A DNA stretch of 64,000 nt from Mobula hypostoma. Lineage: Eukaryota. The notes under the pieces were generated by a model that made no database searches, had not been told where the DNA came from, and saw only the letters and a list, made by a program, of their open reading frames with translations. Numbering within the stretch: position 1 is the stretch's first letter; each line of letters opens with the position of its first letter. The stretch spans positions 205,842,001-205,906,000 of the forward strand of contig NC_086097.1 in the NCBI RefSeq assembly GCF_963921235.1. The letters are read 5' to 3'. A program made the translations under genes and the position numbers. Below, piece after piece: positions 47,055-60,720 of the stretch.

Positions 47055-49600
47055 CATGAGATGATAAATAGCAAGTAACGTTCATAGCAGGCAGTAACCA
47101 TTTCCTACAAGAGAGAGTCTAATCACATATTTTTGATATGGAATTGCATTACCATTGGTACATTCCCATTATCAGCAGCCTGGGGTTTACCACTGATCAG
47201 AGACTCAGATGGAGCAGATGCAAATACTGTGGTTACAAGATCAGGTCAGAATCTAACTATCCTGCAGTGAGCAACTCATCTCCTGACATCCAAAAGCATT
47301 CTACCATCTATAAGGTACAAATCAGGAGCAGAATATAATATTCTCCACTTACTTGAATAAGGGTAACTACAGGAATTCTCAAGAAACTTAACAACTTCCA
47401 GGACAAGGCAGCCCATTCAATTAGCACCCAATTCATCACCCTTAATCTTATTCTGAAATCACTGACAAACAATATCGGCAAGGTATACATCTGTGTACAT
47501 ACATCTATTGATGCTTCTGGACACATCTTCAGTGATGTTCCTGGAATCATCAGGTGTTTCGGGTCTTTCAACATCATACAACCTCCTCCAGGTGACCCAG
47601 CCGGGACTGATCAGACCCCAGCTTGTGTCCAGATGGCTAGCTACTTATGACTCCATGGCTCCCCTCTTTTGAGCCACAGCCATCTTGAGGCCCTCTCTGC
47701 CGCATCCGTGGTACTGCGGGTGGCTCTACTCTTCCTCTCTCCCTCGATGCCCAAAATGCTGAAGGCTATAACTAAAGAATGGGCTACGAATCCCCTAAAA
47801 CCAACCTCCACTGGGAGACACCTCGCTCTCCATCCAGCCTGCTGACAGTTGCTGACCAGTCCTGCGTACTTGGAGAGCTTCCTTTCAAAGGCCTCCTCCA
47901 AGCGATCTTCCCATGGGACTGTCAGCTCCAGCAGCACCACTTGCTTAGTAGACTCAGACACTAGGACAATGTCTGGTCTCAGGGTGGTGGCTGCGATATG
48001 GTTGGGGAATTTCAGCTGCCCTTCGAGGTCCACCAACAGCTACCAGTCCCTTGCAGAGGTCAGAATGCCTGCAGATGTTCTTTTGGCGGGTATTGGCTGC
48101 TCCCCAGCTCTGACAAAGGCAATGGTCTGCTTGGAGGGTCGGGACCGCTTCGCCCACTCAACTCCTGCGCTGACGGCTTCAGCAATGGTCTTCAGGACCT
48201 GATCATGCCTCCACCTGTACTGTCCCTCACCAAGTGCCCTTGCACAGCCGCTGAGGATGTGCTCCAGGGTTCCTCGCTTGGAGCACAGTGGGCACGCAGA
48301 TGACTCTGCCTTGCCCCATGTGTGAAGGTTTGATGGGCTTGGAAGCACATCTTACACTGCCTGGATGAGAAATTGGATGCGGTGTGATTCGGCTTTCCAA
48401 AGATCAGTCCAGGTCACTTTCCTCTCAACCGCATTCTCCCATCTTGTCCAAACTCCCTGTTGCTTCATTCCCGCCGCTTTGCAGGCTCTCATCTCCTCCA
48501 CTACTGCTCTCACCTCCTCCTGAACTAGACGACATCTTTCCTTCCCTCTGGTGTCCATTTGGGGAGTTGGAAAGGATCCTAGCCCAGCTCGGCTTCATGT
48601 GACCACTCCCACCAGCTTCCCGTGACGCAGTCTCGCCTCTGCCTCCTGAACAGCTTCCTCTGCCCTCCACTTCCTGCCAGTACTTACTTGGATCCCTGCT
48701 CTAGCCACCTTCGGGTCACTTGAGAACCTATACTATAGCACTTCTCTGGCTCTTGTTGCCTTGAATTCTTCCTCCAAGGATTTGAAGGGCAGTTGCAGTT
48801 TGTTGTGGTGTCCATAGAGTGCGATGCTGCTCAGGCTCTTTGGCAGCCCCAGCCATCTCCTGAGGTGGTTACTAACCCTCCTCTCTAAGGTTTCGACTGT
48901 CGAGATCGGAACTGCATAGACAAGGAGGGGCCACAGGATTCTGGGAAGAATGCCATGCTGATACACCCAGGCTTTAAACTTCCCAGGTAGGCCAGACTTG
49001 TCCACAGATTACAGCCAGCCAGCCATCCAACTCGGTGCAGGTTGCCTGAATGGATGTTGTGTCCCTTAAAGAGCTGTCAAAAACTTTGCCTAAGTGCTTA
49101 ACTGTTTTTTCTGTGATGGTTGGGATGGCTGTGCCTGCGATGCTGAACCGGAACTTGTTCTCCACCTTCCCTTTCCTCAGCACCATCGATCTTGATTTGG
49201 CAGGTTTGAAACGCATCTAGGCCCACTGCACCAGCTTTTCGAGCCCTTGCTGAATCTCCCGGCAGCCTGGGACTGATTCTGTGGTGACTGTGAGGTCATC
49301 CATGAATGCCCTGATAGGTGATTGCCATTGAGGGGAATTCATTCTGGGTCCTGTGCACTAGACAACTCCAATAACACTTCCCAAGCTCTGTCACCAGGAA
49401 GCACCAGGGTCGCAAGCACATGAGAGCACCTCCATCGGCAAGTTTGCAACAAGTCAAACAAATCCCAATTTTGAAATATGTCACATCCCTGTCCTTCTCG
49501 GCGTGGTTATATATTGGAACTCCCGATCAATGGTACCTTCACCAGAAGGACTGAACTGGTTCAAGAAGAGAAACCAAGGATATACAATAAATTTTCTGCT
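47055..49600 (+). mobile_element. Old CR1/L2-like 3' fragment split by the Hero insertion
   Basis: Degenerate IYKVQIRS and FQDKAAHSI motifs before 47490; similar degraded 3' sequence resumes after 49358; boundaries approximate. Confidence 0.5.
47499..49358 (-). mobile_element. Hero-clade non-LTR retrotransposon (restriction-like endonuclease), 5'-truncated
   Basis: AFMDD, MRFKPAKSRS, LPGKFKAWVYQHGILPRILWPLL, CPLCSKRGTLEHILSGC, RWRHDQVL, LRPDIVL..ELTVPWE..KLSKY. Confidence 0.88.
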
Positions 49601-51349
49601 TATTGTCACTTGGATCCTGAACAATGAATGAAAAAAAAAATGTCTGTTTGGCAGTTTCCTCCATCCCCTTCACACCACCACATTTTAAATTATTAATGAT
49701 TCGGAGATTTATGAAGAGACAAGTAGTATGTTAGTGTGGCTGAGAAGGCTATTGAAGAACTTGGCAAGACTGAGATCAAATACCTTGTTAAACTCTAAGG
49801 CAGGACCTCATTTCTAGTTTCTTTTTCCAACACTTTAGCAAAGTGCATTATCTGAAATCCAAGTTTTGATTCTGCATACTTTTGATGAACACGACAATGA
49901 TAAATTTACCAAAACCTTTGTTATCACATTATGATTGTGTAATATTTCAGCAGGAAAAACAGTTCATCTGTAGCCAGCAGAAAGTAATACTTACTGCACG
50001 GTGCTAGAAAGATGGAAATTCAGGGCACCTTTATTTCAATTACAACTGTCACTGATACACCAGACCTGCTATACAGATAAAGCATGGACTACAATAAGTG
50101 GATGATCTTTTTAAAGTCTATCACACTAAAGTTGCGAAGTGTTTTTGGAGACGTTACTTTGGATGGTGCTGACATCTCAGGGTCCTTTACCTTTTCCTCA
50201 ACTTTGTTTTGGCATGTTCTCTGCTTTGTACAACCATTCCTTTTCTCTTTATTCTCAAAGCCATCAGGAATGATCACAAGAGCCTCCCTGGCTGGATAGA
50301 ACTCAATGTAGCCCTGTGTAAAATCCTGCCTTAAGCCACAGTGAGCCCTTACAATTTATGATGCTCACAGCAGAGATCCAAAAAAAATATGTACAAGCAA
50401 CTTTCCTTTCAATCAATTATGATCAAACCTGCAAGCTACTTAAATTGGCACCACTAGATTTGCCTTTGTACTGCTACTAAATGCCAACTCCTCATGCATG
50501 GTTAGCTCATGGTGTTAGATGGATCATTAAACTCGAATTTAGTAATAGTGAAGTCAAATCAAAATGGCATGTTGGCTGAAATCATAATTTCTGCTCTGCA
50601 AGATCATAGTATATGCAAATTACAAACCACTGCAATTAATTCACACTAAAATTGTGCTCTCAGAATTTACTCACAAAGTTAGAAACATATTGACACTGAA
50701 ACATTAAAGAAGATGGTGCTTGGCAATTCACTTTCACAGCCAATATTTTTAATGGATTTTGGCTCCCAAACCTTGGCACCTCAATATTTTGATAGCAACG
50801 TTTGCAACTCTCTTTAATGACAGGAAAACACATTGAAATAAAAAGAACAGCAATAGTTACTGCCCTAGACTTTTAATAGCATTAGTGTTTTGAGATCGAC
50901 CCATATGCCATGTGTCTGATCTCAAGAGGTTTTACTTTATAAAAAATGAGAAAACAAATGAAGTAAAGCTCTTTTACCTGGTGAAAGTCAATAACATCAT
51001 ATTATTGAAGTGACATATCAAGAAAATGGTTTTGCTCTGTTTAGACCATCTATTTCTCACAAAACTATAAATAAAGTGATGTTAAGAAACAACGCAAGAG
51101 AAAATATAATGCTCATGCAACATAAATTTTGATCTCAGTATACACTGTCACACAAAAGGTTATTGATGTTTTATTAACACAGATGGTTGCTAAAGATTAC
51201 CCTAAATAAGAGTGGCTTAACTGGTGAAGAGACCAATAAAATTAATTGATGTATTGACTATGTTTCCAACGGATCAATCCCCAGCTGTAATTTCAATCAC
51301 TGATCTTCAAGTAATACTATATCTTTATAGCTCCAAGTCCTGGAAGCAT

Positions 51350-53136
51350 AGTCCTGTTCCAACTAGGATTGTATGCTGTTTCCAAAGTAATAAACCTTGG
51401 GTCACCAAAGGCATCAAAGCCATACTGAACAGGAAGAAGAGGGCATTCAAAGATGGAGATAGGGAGGAGATGAGGCTGGTTCAGAGGGAACCGAGGGAGA
51501 AGATCGCCCAGGGCAAGGAGGAAGCTGGAGAGGAAACTACAGCAGAACAACATAAAAGGATGTGCAAAGTGGTATGAAAGTGATCACAGGGTACAAAAAG
51601 ACCAGAGACCAGGTGATTGAAGGGGACCGGAACAGGGCCAACAAGATAAACAGGTTTTTCAACAGATTTGATGAGGAGGCATCAATACATCCTTAATCTG
51701 AGCCTGAGCCCGAGCCCGGAGAGGATCCCTGTGTTGGGGAAAGTATCCTGCCTAGTTCCAGTACCCAAGAAGACATGTCCCACCACACCCAGTGACTACA
51801 GACCAGTGACACTGACTTCACATGTTATGAAATCATTAGAAAGATTGGTCCTGACACACCTCTGAACCATTGTAAATCCATCACTAGACCCCCTGCAGTT
51901 TGCTTACCAACCACATATTGGAGTCAACGACACCAGTATCTTCCTGCTTCAACAGGCTTACACCCATCTGGATGAGCCATGCAACACTATGAGAATCATG
52001 TTCTTTAATGTCTCCAGTGCTTTTAACACTATACAACCTGCTTTACTAAGGAGTAAGCTCATGGAGATGCAGGTGGATGCTCCACTAGTGTCCTGGATTA
52101 CAGACTATCTGTCCAGACGGCCACAGAATGTGAGATCGCAGAGCTGTGCATCAGATACTGTGCTTAGCAGCACAGGGGCACCTCAGGGGACTGTCCTGTC
52201 CCCTTCCTGTTCACTGTCTATACCTCAGACTTCAGATACAACTCAGAGTCCTGCCACCTGAAGAAGTTTTCAAACGATTCGGCAGATGTGAGCTGTATCA
52301 ACCAGGATCAAGAGGCTGAGTACAGAAGAGCGGTGGACAACTTTGTTGAGTCGTGTGGATTGAATCATCTGCAGCTCAATATCATCAAGACAAAGGAGCT
52401 AGTGGTGGACTTCAGGAAGGTGAAAACACCCTGCATTCCCATCTCCATCGAGGGAACAGATGTGGAAGTTGTCCTTCCTTAGAAACACCTGGGAACTCAC
52501 CTGGACAATAAACTGGACTGGACTAAAAATACAGGGGCTCTGTACAAGAAGGGACAGAGCCAAATGTACTTCCTGAGGAGGCTCCGGTCATTCAATGTCT
52601 GCAGTACTATGCTGCTGATGTTATACAACTCAGTGGTGGCCAGCGTTCTGTTCTACACTGTAGACTGCTGAGGCAGCAGGGTGAGAGCAGCTGACACCAA
52701 GAAGATTGATAAGCTCGTCAGGAAGGCTGATTCTGTTCTGGGGGTGGTACTGGATTCCCTGGTGGTTGTGTCTCTGAGGAGGATGCTGCAGAAGCTATGG
52801 AGCATTATGGAGAAACCCTCTCACCCCCTCCATGACATACTGGACAAACAGAGGAGCACCTTTAGTCACAGACTGATTCCATCAGGGTGCACCACTGAAT
52901 GGCACAGGAGACCCTTTCTCCCAATGGCTATAAGACTCTACAGTCCTCCTCCTTAAGTACATGGTTTCATTGCACATCTGTATTTTGCACTACTACTTTT
53001 TAATGCACATTTTTTTGCTTTTTTTTCTTACCTCAATGTTTACATTTTGTATTTTGAAGTATATATTTCTGACTGAGCAACCGTGCAACAATAATTTCCT
53101 TCAGGATAAATAAAGTTTTATCCCATCTTATCTTAT
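51350..53136 (+). mobile_element. Rex1/Babar LINE, truncated and internally deleted
   Basis: NKPWVT, DYRPVTLTSHVMKSLERL, SSAFNTI, GAPQGTVLSP, SHPLH; AATAAA then (ATCTT)n; related to 321-1143. Confidence 0.88.
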
Positions 53137-54053
53137 CAATTACACCATGAACAATGTTTGAGCATATCTATGATTCACTCTCCTGCTCCAAGTATGCTCA
53201 TTACTACAGAATATCTTTGGAATAAAGCCATAGGACACACAGCTCAGAAACAGACTTTTCAGCTCATCTCAGAATCAGAATCAGGTTTATTATCACCGGC
53301 ATGTGTCATGAAATTTATTAACTTAAATTTGTTAATCTCGTCAATGCCAGCTTGCAGTTCTGCTTTGCCCCATCTACTTTCACCCACACATAACCCTCCA
53401 CACCTATCTCATCCAGGTATTTATCCAAACCTCTCTTCAATGGCACAGTAGAACTTGCATCTACCACTTCAACTGGCAGCTTGTTCCACACTCTCACTAC
53501 CCTCTCAGTGAGAAGGTCCCTTCAGATTCCTTTGAAGTGTTTCATTTTTTATCCCAAACCTATGAGTTCCAGTTCTAGTCTCAGCCAACCTGAAGAGAAA
53601 AGGCCTTATACCATTATAACATTTCCCTTCATTCTCCTGTTCTCAAGTGAAAAAAATCCTAACCTTCTCAATGTTACCCTAGAACTCAGGTTGTCAAGTC
53701 CCAGCAACATCCTTTTAAATTTTCTCCAAGCTCTTTCACATTGATTGATATTGTTTCTGTAGGTAGGTGAAGAAACTGCATACAATACTGCAAATATGGC
53801 CTCAGCAACATCTTATACAATTTCAATGTAACATCATAATCCTGCATTCAGTGCCCTAATTTATGAAGGCCGATATGCCAACAGCTCTCTTTATGTCCCT
53901 ATCTACCTGTAACAACACTTTCAGAGAATTATAGATGTGTATTCCAGTCCATTTGTTCTACCACAAAACTTCACTGTGTAAGTCTTATCCTGGTTTGTCC
54001 TCCTAAAGTGCAACATTTCAGACTTGTCTGCATTAAACTCCATTTGCTATTTC

Positions 54054-54937
54054 TCACACAACACACATAAAGTTGCTGGTGAACGCAGCAGGCCAGGCAG
54101 CATCTATTGGAAGAGGTACAGTCGACATTTTGGGCCGAGACCCTTTGTCAGGACTAACTGAAAGAAGAACTAATAAGAGATTTGAAAGTGGGAGGGGGAG
54201 GGGAGATCCGAAATGATAGGAGAAGACAGGAGGGGGAGGGATGGTGCTAAGAGCTGGACAGTTGATTGGCAAAAGGGATACGAGAGGATCATGGGACAGG
54301 AGGCCTAGGGAGAAAGAAAAGGGGGGGGGGAATCCAGAGGATGGGCAAGGGGTATAGTCAGAGGGAGAAAAAGGAGAGAGAAAGAATGTGTGTATATAAA
54401 TAAATAACGGATGGGGTACGTGGGGGAGGTGGGGCATTAGCAGAAGTTTGAGAAGTCAATGTTCATGCCATCAGGTTGGAGGCTACCCAGATGGAATATA
54501 AGGTGTTGTTCCACCAACCTGAGTGTGGCTTCATCTTTGCAGTAGAGGAGGTCGTGAATAGACATATCAGAATGGGAATGGGACGTGGAATTAGAATGTG
54601 TGGCCACTGGGAGATCCTGCTTTCTCTGGCGGACAGAGCGTAGGTGTTCAGCAAAATGATCTCCCAGTCTGCGTCAGGTCTTGCCAATATATAGAAGGCC
54701 ACATTGGGACCACCGGACGCAGTACATCACCCCAGCCAACTCACAGGTGAAGTGTCGCCCCACCTGGAAGGACTGTCTGGGGCCCTGAATGGTGGTGAGG
54801 GAGGAAGTGTGAGGGCATGTGTAGCACTTGTTCTGCTTACAAACATAAGTTGCAGGTGGGAGATCGGTGGGGAGGGGTACTTCTCAAACTTCGGCTAATG
54901 CCCTACCTCCCCCTCGTACCCCATCCGTTATTTATTT
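54054..54937 (-). mobile_element. Penelope 3' fragment with a short inverted terminal-repeat piece
   Basis: 54054-54879 is the reverse complement of ~24330-25160; 54880-54937 matches ~24740-24795 in plus orientation; decayed hammerhead at 54119-54156. Confidence 0.88.
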
Positions 54938-55507
54938 AGGAATAAACTCAGGAAGTACAACCTGCCTCAGGAGCTGCTGATTCAATTCTATTCAGGAATT
55001 ATTCAGGAATAATCCAGTCTGTTCTCTGTTTGTCCATCACCGTCTGGTTTCGATCAGCTACCAAACAAGACAAGAATAGACTCCAAAGAACTGTCAGGAC
55101 TGCGGAAAGGATTATTGGTGTGAAGCTGCCCTCGATCCAGGACTTATATGCATCTAGAGTCAGGAAGCGAGCAAGCAGCATCATTGTAGACCCATCACAC
55201 ACTGGACATCACCTGTTCCAACTCCTTCCTTCTGGTAGGCGCTTAGATCACTGTATGCCAGGACAAATAGGTACAAGAACAGTTTCTTTCCGTATGCCAT
55301 CAGTCTTATGAACACCTGAATTTTAGTCTATTATAAACCAAGTCCACCTGTACATACACAGGTATACCTCATTGTATATAGTTCACGATTATTTGCACTA
55401 TTGCTTTGTTTGCTTTTTGATTCTGTACAGTGAGAGCTCAGGGAAACCGGCATCAAGTTCCCTGTATGTGTCCACATACTTGGCGATAATAAAGGATTTT
55501 GATTCTG
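54938..55507 (+). mobile_element. Rex1-like LINE 3' fragment
   Basis: ORF 55030-55311 (RLQRTVRTAERIIG, HHLFQLLPSGRR); AATAAA then a GATTCT-type tail. Confidence 0.8.
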
Positions 55508-56030
55508 CTTAATACTATATTCTGCCATCATATTTGACCTACCAAAATGAACCACCTCACACTCATCTGGGTTGAACTCTATCTGCCACTTCTCAGCCCA
55601 GTTTTGCATCCTATTGATGTCCCGCTGTAACCTCTGACAGCCCTCCAAGTTATCCACAACACCCCAACTTTTGTGTCATCAGCAAATTTACTAACCCATC
55701 CCTCCACTTCCTCATCCAGATCATTTATAAAAAAAAAATTACGAAGAGAGGGGGTTGCAGAACAGATCCCTGGGGACACCACTGGTCACCAACCTCCATG
55801 CAGAACATGACCTGTCTACAACCACTCTTTGCCTTCTGTGAGCAAGCCAATTCTAGATCAACAAAGCAAAGTCCCCTTGGATCCCATGCCTCCTTACTTT
55901 CTCAATAAGCCTTGCATGGGGTACCTTATCAAATGCTTTTCTGAAATCCATATACACTACATCTACTGCTCTACCTTCATCAATGTGTTTAGTTAAATCC
56001 TCAAAAAATTCAATCAGACTCGTAAGGCAC
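55508..56030 (-). mobile_element. Internal CR1 RT fragment
   Basis: INDLDEEVEGWVSKFADDTK, WAEKWQIEFN. Confidence 0.8.
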
Positions 56031-56574
56031 ACTCAGTTTACCACACCAACGTAGAGATCACTGTATAGATGACAAATGGCAACAGACCCAACAACAATCC
56101 CTATGGCACCCCACTAGTCATAGACTTGCAGTCAGAGAGAAAACCATCCACTCTGGCTCCCACTCTCACCAATCCCATGATGAATTCAATTCACCACTTC
56201 ATCCTGAAGCAACCTGCTGGCCTCCCTTGCAGGACTTTGTCAAAGGTCTTCCTAAAGTTTACCACCATTCCTTTAACAACCTTCTTGGTAACTTCCTCAC
56301 AAATCTTGGCTCCGGGGGGAGGAGTTACTTCAGTTTTGTTTAGCATGAACAGATGTCTGGTTAGTGGCACAGCTTGTTTCTCCTCCCTACGTAGTTCTCC
56401 AGCAGAATCAAGTTTCACTTGTATGTAGATTAAATGTCCTCACTTTTACCCTTAAACCATCTTCATTCTTATTCACCATTTGGCACTAAGTCATAGAAGA
56501 GTCACATCAGCCTTTGGCCAGTGTCATCACCTTTTGCCTGGGATTTAAACTCCACTCTATTACCATGGTCTCAC

Positions 56575-58080
56575 AGAATGTAGAATAGAAATGTTTAAAA
56601 TGATGAGAAGCATAGATAAGATGGACGGTAGTAATCTTGTCTCCAGGGTAAGGGGGTCTAAAACTAGGGAGCATAGGTTTAGCGCACAAGGGGAAAGATT
56701 TAAATGCGATCTTGAGGAGCAACATTTTCACAGAGTGGGTTGTGGAATAAGCTGCCATATAGAATAAGTAGTTGAGACAGGTACACTCCCATCATTAAGA
56801 AATGCTTGGATGGGTACATGGAGAGATATCGGTTAGAGGTTACGGTTACAGATCACGCAACCCGCCAGGGGTGGGGGGTGGGGAGTGCTGTACAGATGAA
56901 CGCTGCACCAGTTACCTCTACTTCTCACGATTTTGGGTGAGTGCCTCTGGTCCACTCTGCACTGTTGTCAGCCCATTTCTTCCTCTGTCTGCCCCTTTTT
57001 CTTTTCCTCTGCACCACTCCTTGAAGAATGTCCTTCGAGAGTCCACTTGATCTTGTTATGTGGCCATACCATCTCAGTTTCCTTTTCTTTACTGGGGACA
57101 GTAGGTCTTCATAGTATCTCATATGCTGGGTGATGGCTGTTCATAATTCATCATTTGAGACACCGTCTGTATAGGAGATGCCAAGAAGCCTTTTGAAGCA
57201 TCTCATTTCTACTGCTTAGAACTGATTTGGCAGTTCTGCCGTCAAAGTCCATGATTCACATGCTACAAGAAGGTGGAGAGTACAAGTGCATGCAGGAGTT
57301 TCAATTTGGATCGGAGAGTGATGCTATTGTCTTTTTGTTTTAGCTTAGCCAGGTTTGCAGTTGTTTGGGCTGTCCTTGCAAGGACTTCAGACTTTGATCC
57401 TTCTTGGTTGATGATGGCGCCGAGGTACTTGAACCACTTGACAGTCTCTAATTCTTGTCCACCGTCTGTGATTTTTGTTGTGATTGGCTCCTTGCTGTTT
57501 CTTATCAGCTTGGTTTTCTCTGCACAGATCTCCATGCTGTATCTGGCAGATCCATCATCCAGACAGTTCACAAAGCAGTCCAATTCATCCTCACTTACTC
57601 CCAGCCCATCAATGTCACTGGTGAACCTGAGGTTGGTTATGATCTGTCCTTTGATGCTGACTGTGCCAATATGGTATTCCAGGGCATCTGTCATTATTTG
57701 CTCCAGGAAAATGTTGATACAGCATGGGTGAAAGGAGGCAGCCTTGTCAGACTTCAACTGATGTGTGGAACCACTCTCCAACTGTGCCTTGAACAAGTGC
57801 CACACTGCAAACTTTGGTGTCGAGCTGCTCGATAGTTATCAGCTTCTGGCCCACGTTGTATTTCTTCACTGTGGCCTAGAGTGCATCGTGCCACTCCATA
57901 TCAAATGCCTTCATGAAGTCGATGAACACGTGGAAGATGGGCTGTTGATGTTGGTTGTATTTCTCACACAGTACTTGGAAGCTAAATGCGAGAAACTGGG
58001 ACTAGCTCAGTGGGCGCCATGTTCAGCAGGGACTGGTTGGGCCAAAGTGATTGCATCATGCTGTAGTGCTCTGTGACTCT
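56575..58080 (+). mobile_element. CR1 3' end (56575-~56849 plus ~57981-58080) split by an RTE insertion
   Basis: CR1 C-terminus and UTR break near gttacggttac and resume at gctaaatgcgagaaactgggactagctc...gctgtagtgctct. Confidence 0.65.
56850..57980 (-). mobile_element. RTE-like LINE 3' fragment
   Basis: ORFs 57263-57805 (NIFLEQIM, NLRFTSDID, FKYLG) and 56925-57122 (RKLRWYGHITR, GRQRKKWADN). Confidence 0.82.
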
Positions 58081-59699
58081 ACAACTTCAATGTACTGGCA
58101 TTGGCTTCACTTCTTTCTAGCCTCTCACGTTCAGGGAATCTTATTGTCCTGTTCTATATGAATGGGGTTTTAAATAGCATGATGGATCATTGGCTGAGAC
58201 TCCATCACTGCAGGATAACTTCCCTCAGAATTCTTTTAGGGTTTTGTTTTAATAGCTGCTCCTCAACTACAAACGTTTGTAGTATAACTTTACATCTTTA
58301 TAAACACTTCATAAACAACTTACTTAACTGGATTTATTTTTGATATTGTACACATGCAAGATGCAGCTGATAGTTATATTTTTCATATATAATTAACATG
58401 TATATATTAAACATCTGCATTTAAATTTTCATTGTGGGCTGAAGGGCTTGCTCCTGTGCCATACTATATTATAATTTCAAAAACATTTCTTTAGTCAGCT
58501 CTCACATGAATGAACTTTGGGACATTGGAATTGAACCCTTCGGCATTTTCTCTAAAATGATAGGACAAGACAAATAAAGCAAAAATTATAAGTGTACTGC
58601 ACTAAATTGGGAAGACAAGAACATATCATTTTGCTTGCAGCAAATAGATATTTGTCCTTCCAGCTTTCTGAATTAAGACTGTAGAATCAGATAACTGCCA
58701 TAAGCATAAAGAACAGGCTAATTCAATTACTGTAGAATTTTACAGATAATATTGATTGAATAAACATACAGATTGCAGAGAAAAATTTTTTTAAACCACT
58801 TCAGTTTATAAATTATATATGGTATGGCCTAAGGACGATAAAAGAAAATTAACGATGAAATAATGTATTTTTTAAATGCAATTGTAAAATGGAGAAAAAT
58901 GACAAGTGAAAGGAAGGAGACTGACAAGGGGGTGGAAATAAGTGTTAGGGTAATCATTTAAATTGGTACAATGTTGGAGAATCAAACACAATAAGTATGG
59001 TGAGTTACAGATTAAAGAGCTAGCAATATGGGAAGCTGATTAATAGATGCTGGTCTTCCAATAGCAATTTCAGGACCATGAGATTTTAATTATACATATA
59101 AATTTGCAGCTTGTATCGGTAATTTACCCGAGGGTACAAGAACTGTTACACTCTTATTTAATATCATGGATAGAAAAAGTGCCAGGGAGTTGACAGGGTA
59201 AGTAAACCTAAATTTAAAAAATATATTTTTTGATACATGTCTATTTCAGTATATAATGCTTTTTGATAAATAGTTCTCTACCAGTTTTTAAAAGGTGAAC
59301 AAAGAAACTTTGCATTCTCACAACTTTATGCATAATTACAAAAGAGAGACTTTTTAGTGTCCCTTACACTATCCTTTGCTCACAAAATGAAAGTGTTGCT
59401 AAATATATCTTTTTATTTCATTGATTTTTCTGGCATCTATTTTGCCATTCCTTCTCAAATTTCATTTTGGTAACTATGGTCACTAAATATAACGGAAGAA
59501 ATTACTTTTACTTCAACTCCGTTCACTTAAGGTACTATTACCAACAGAATCTCTTAACCAATCTACAGCATTACTTTGAAGGTTTCATTTAACTGATGAT
59601 TGACAGCAATATCATAACTCAGTGTTGCTCTGCTGCAATATTCAAACCTAGTTCTTTTGAAGACTTACTCCACCACTGAGATTTGCACCTTCATCTGAA

Positions 59700-60720
59700 C
59701 CTATGCCTGATGCTTCTGATCCTTCATCTCATCATAGCCTTGTTTTATAGGCTTGCTTTTCTCCCCACCCAAACATCATAAGGCTTCATGACCCGAGCCT
59801 CTGTACCATCCTCTGGATACTCAATTTCTTCATTGACAGGCCTCAATCACTGAGGATTGGTCACAACTTCTCCTCTGCACTGACCATGGTTCATCTCATG
59901 GATGCATCCCTAGCCCCCTGCTCTATTTTCTATGACTATGTAGTTAAGCACAGCTCCAATGCCATATTTCAAATTCACTAGTGGGCGAATCAGAGTTGGT
60001 GGATAAGTCAGCTTACAGGAGGAAGATAGGTCACTTGATAATGTGATGCTACAAATGCGCTCTCTCACTCAACATCAGTAGAACTAAAGAGCTGATTGTT
60101 GACCAGGAAGAGAAAGGAGAGCAAACATGCACCAGTCTACAATGGGATACTGGCGGTTAACAAATTCCCAGGCATTACCATATTGGATACCCGACACAAA
60201 GATGCAACCCCAAGGAAGGCTCACCAGCATATTTTCTGGTTTAGAAGCTTACGGAGTGCCAGCTTTTCACCAAGTACTCTAACAAACTTCCACAGATGTA
60301 CTGGTTGCATCATGTTCTGGTACTTGCAATTTTAATGCTCAGTGACTCAGCATAATAAATACATGGCACATCCTTCTCTACCATTGGTAGTATCAACAAG
60401 AGGTGTTGTCTCAGGAAGGCACATCCACCATCTGAGCAACCTGCTTTATGTACCCAGTTTCGGGCTGGAGGTATAAAAACAAAGTCCTACACCACCAAGT
60501 TCAAGAACTACTATTTCCCTTCAACAATTCAGTTCTTGGATCAATTGACAAACCATAATCACTATGGCATTGTAACACAATTATTGCTTTGCTCTAAAAT
60601 GGATTTTGTTTTTTTTTGCTCTATTTGTTTTCTTTCTTGCAATGTTTTTCCTGCAAATTCTGGTTATACGATACACCACTGTGCTGGTGCTATAAAGAGG
60701 TTTTTCATTGCACCTGTGTG
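59700..60720 (+). mobile_element. Degraded Rex1-like LINE 3' part
   Basis: Degenerate RT and C-terminal traces (LNISRTKELIV, TLTNFHRC, caccaagttcaagaactactatttccct); boundaries approximate. Confidence 0.6.

Larger units (their letters stand above)
53230..56310 (-). mobile_element. Older CR1 (53230-54053 plus ~56031-56310) hosting a cluster of insertions
   Basis: CR1 3' region on minus up to cattaaactccatttgctat (54050); upstream RT part (NFRKTFDKV) resumes after 56030. Confidence 0.65.
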
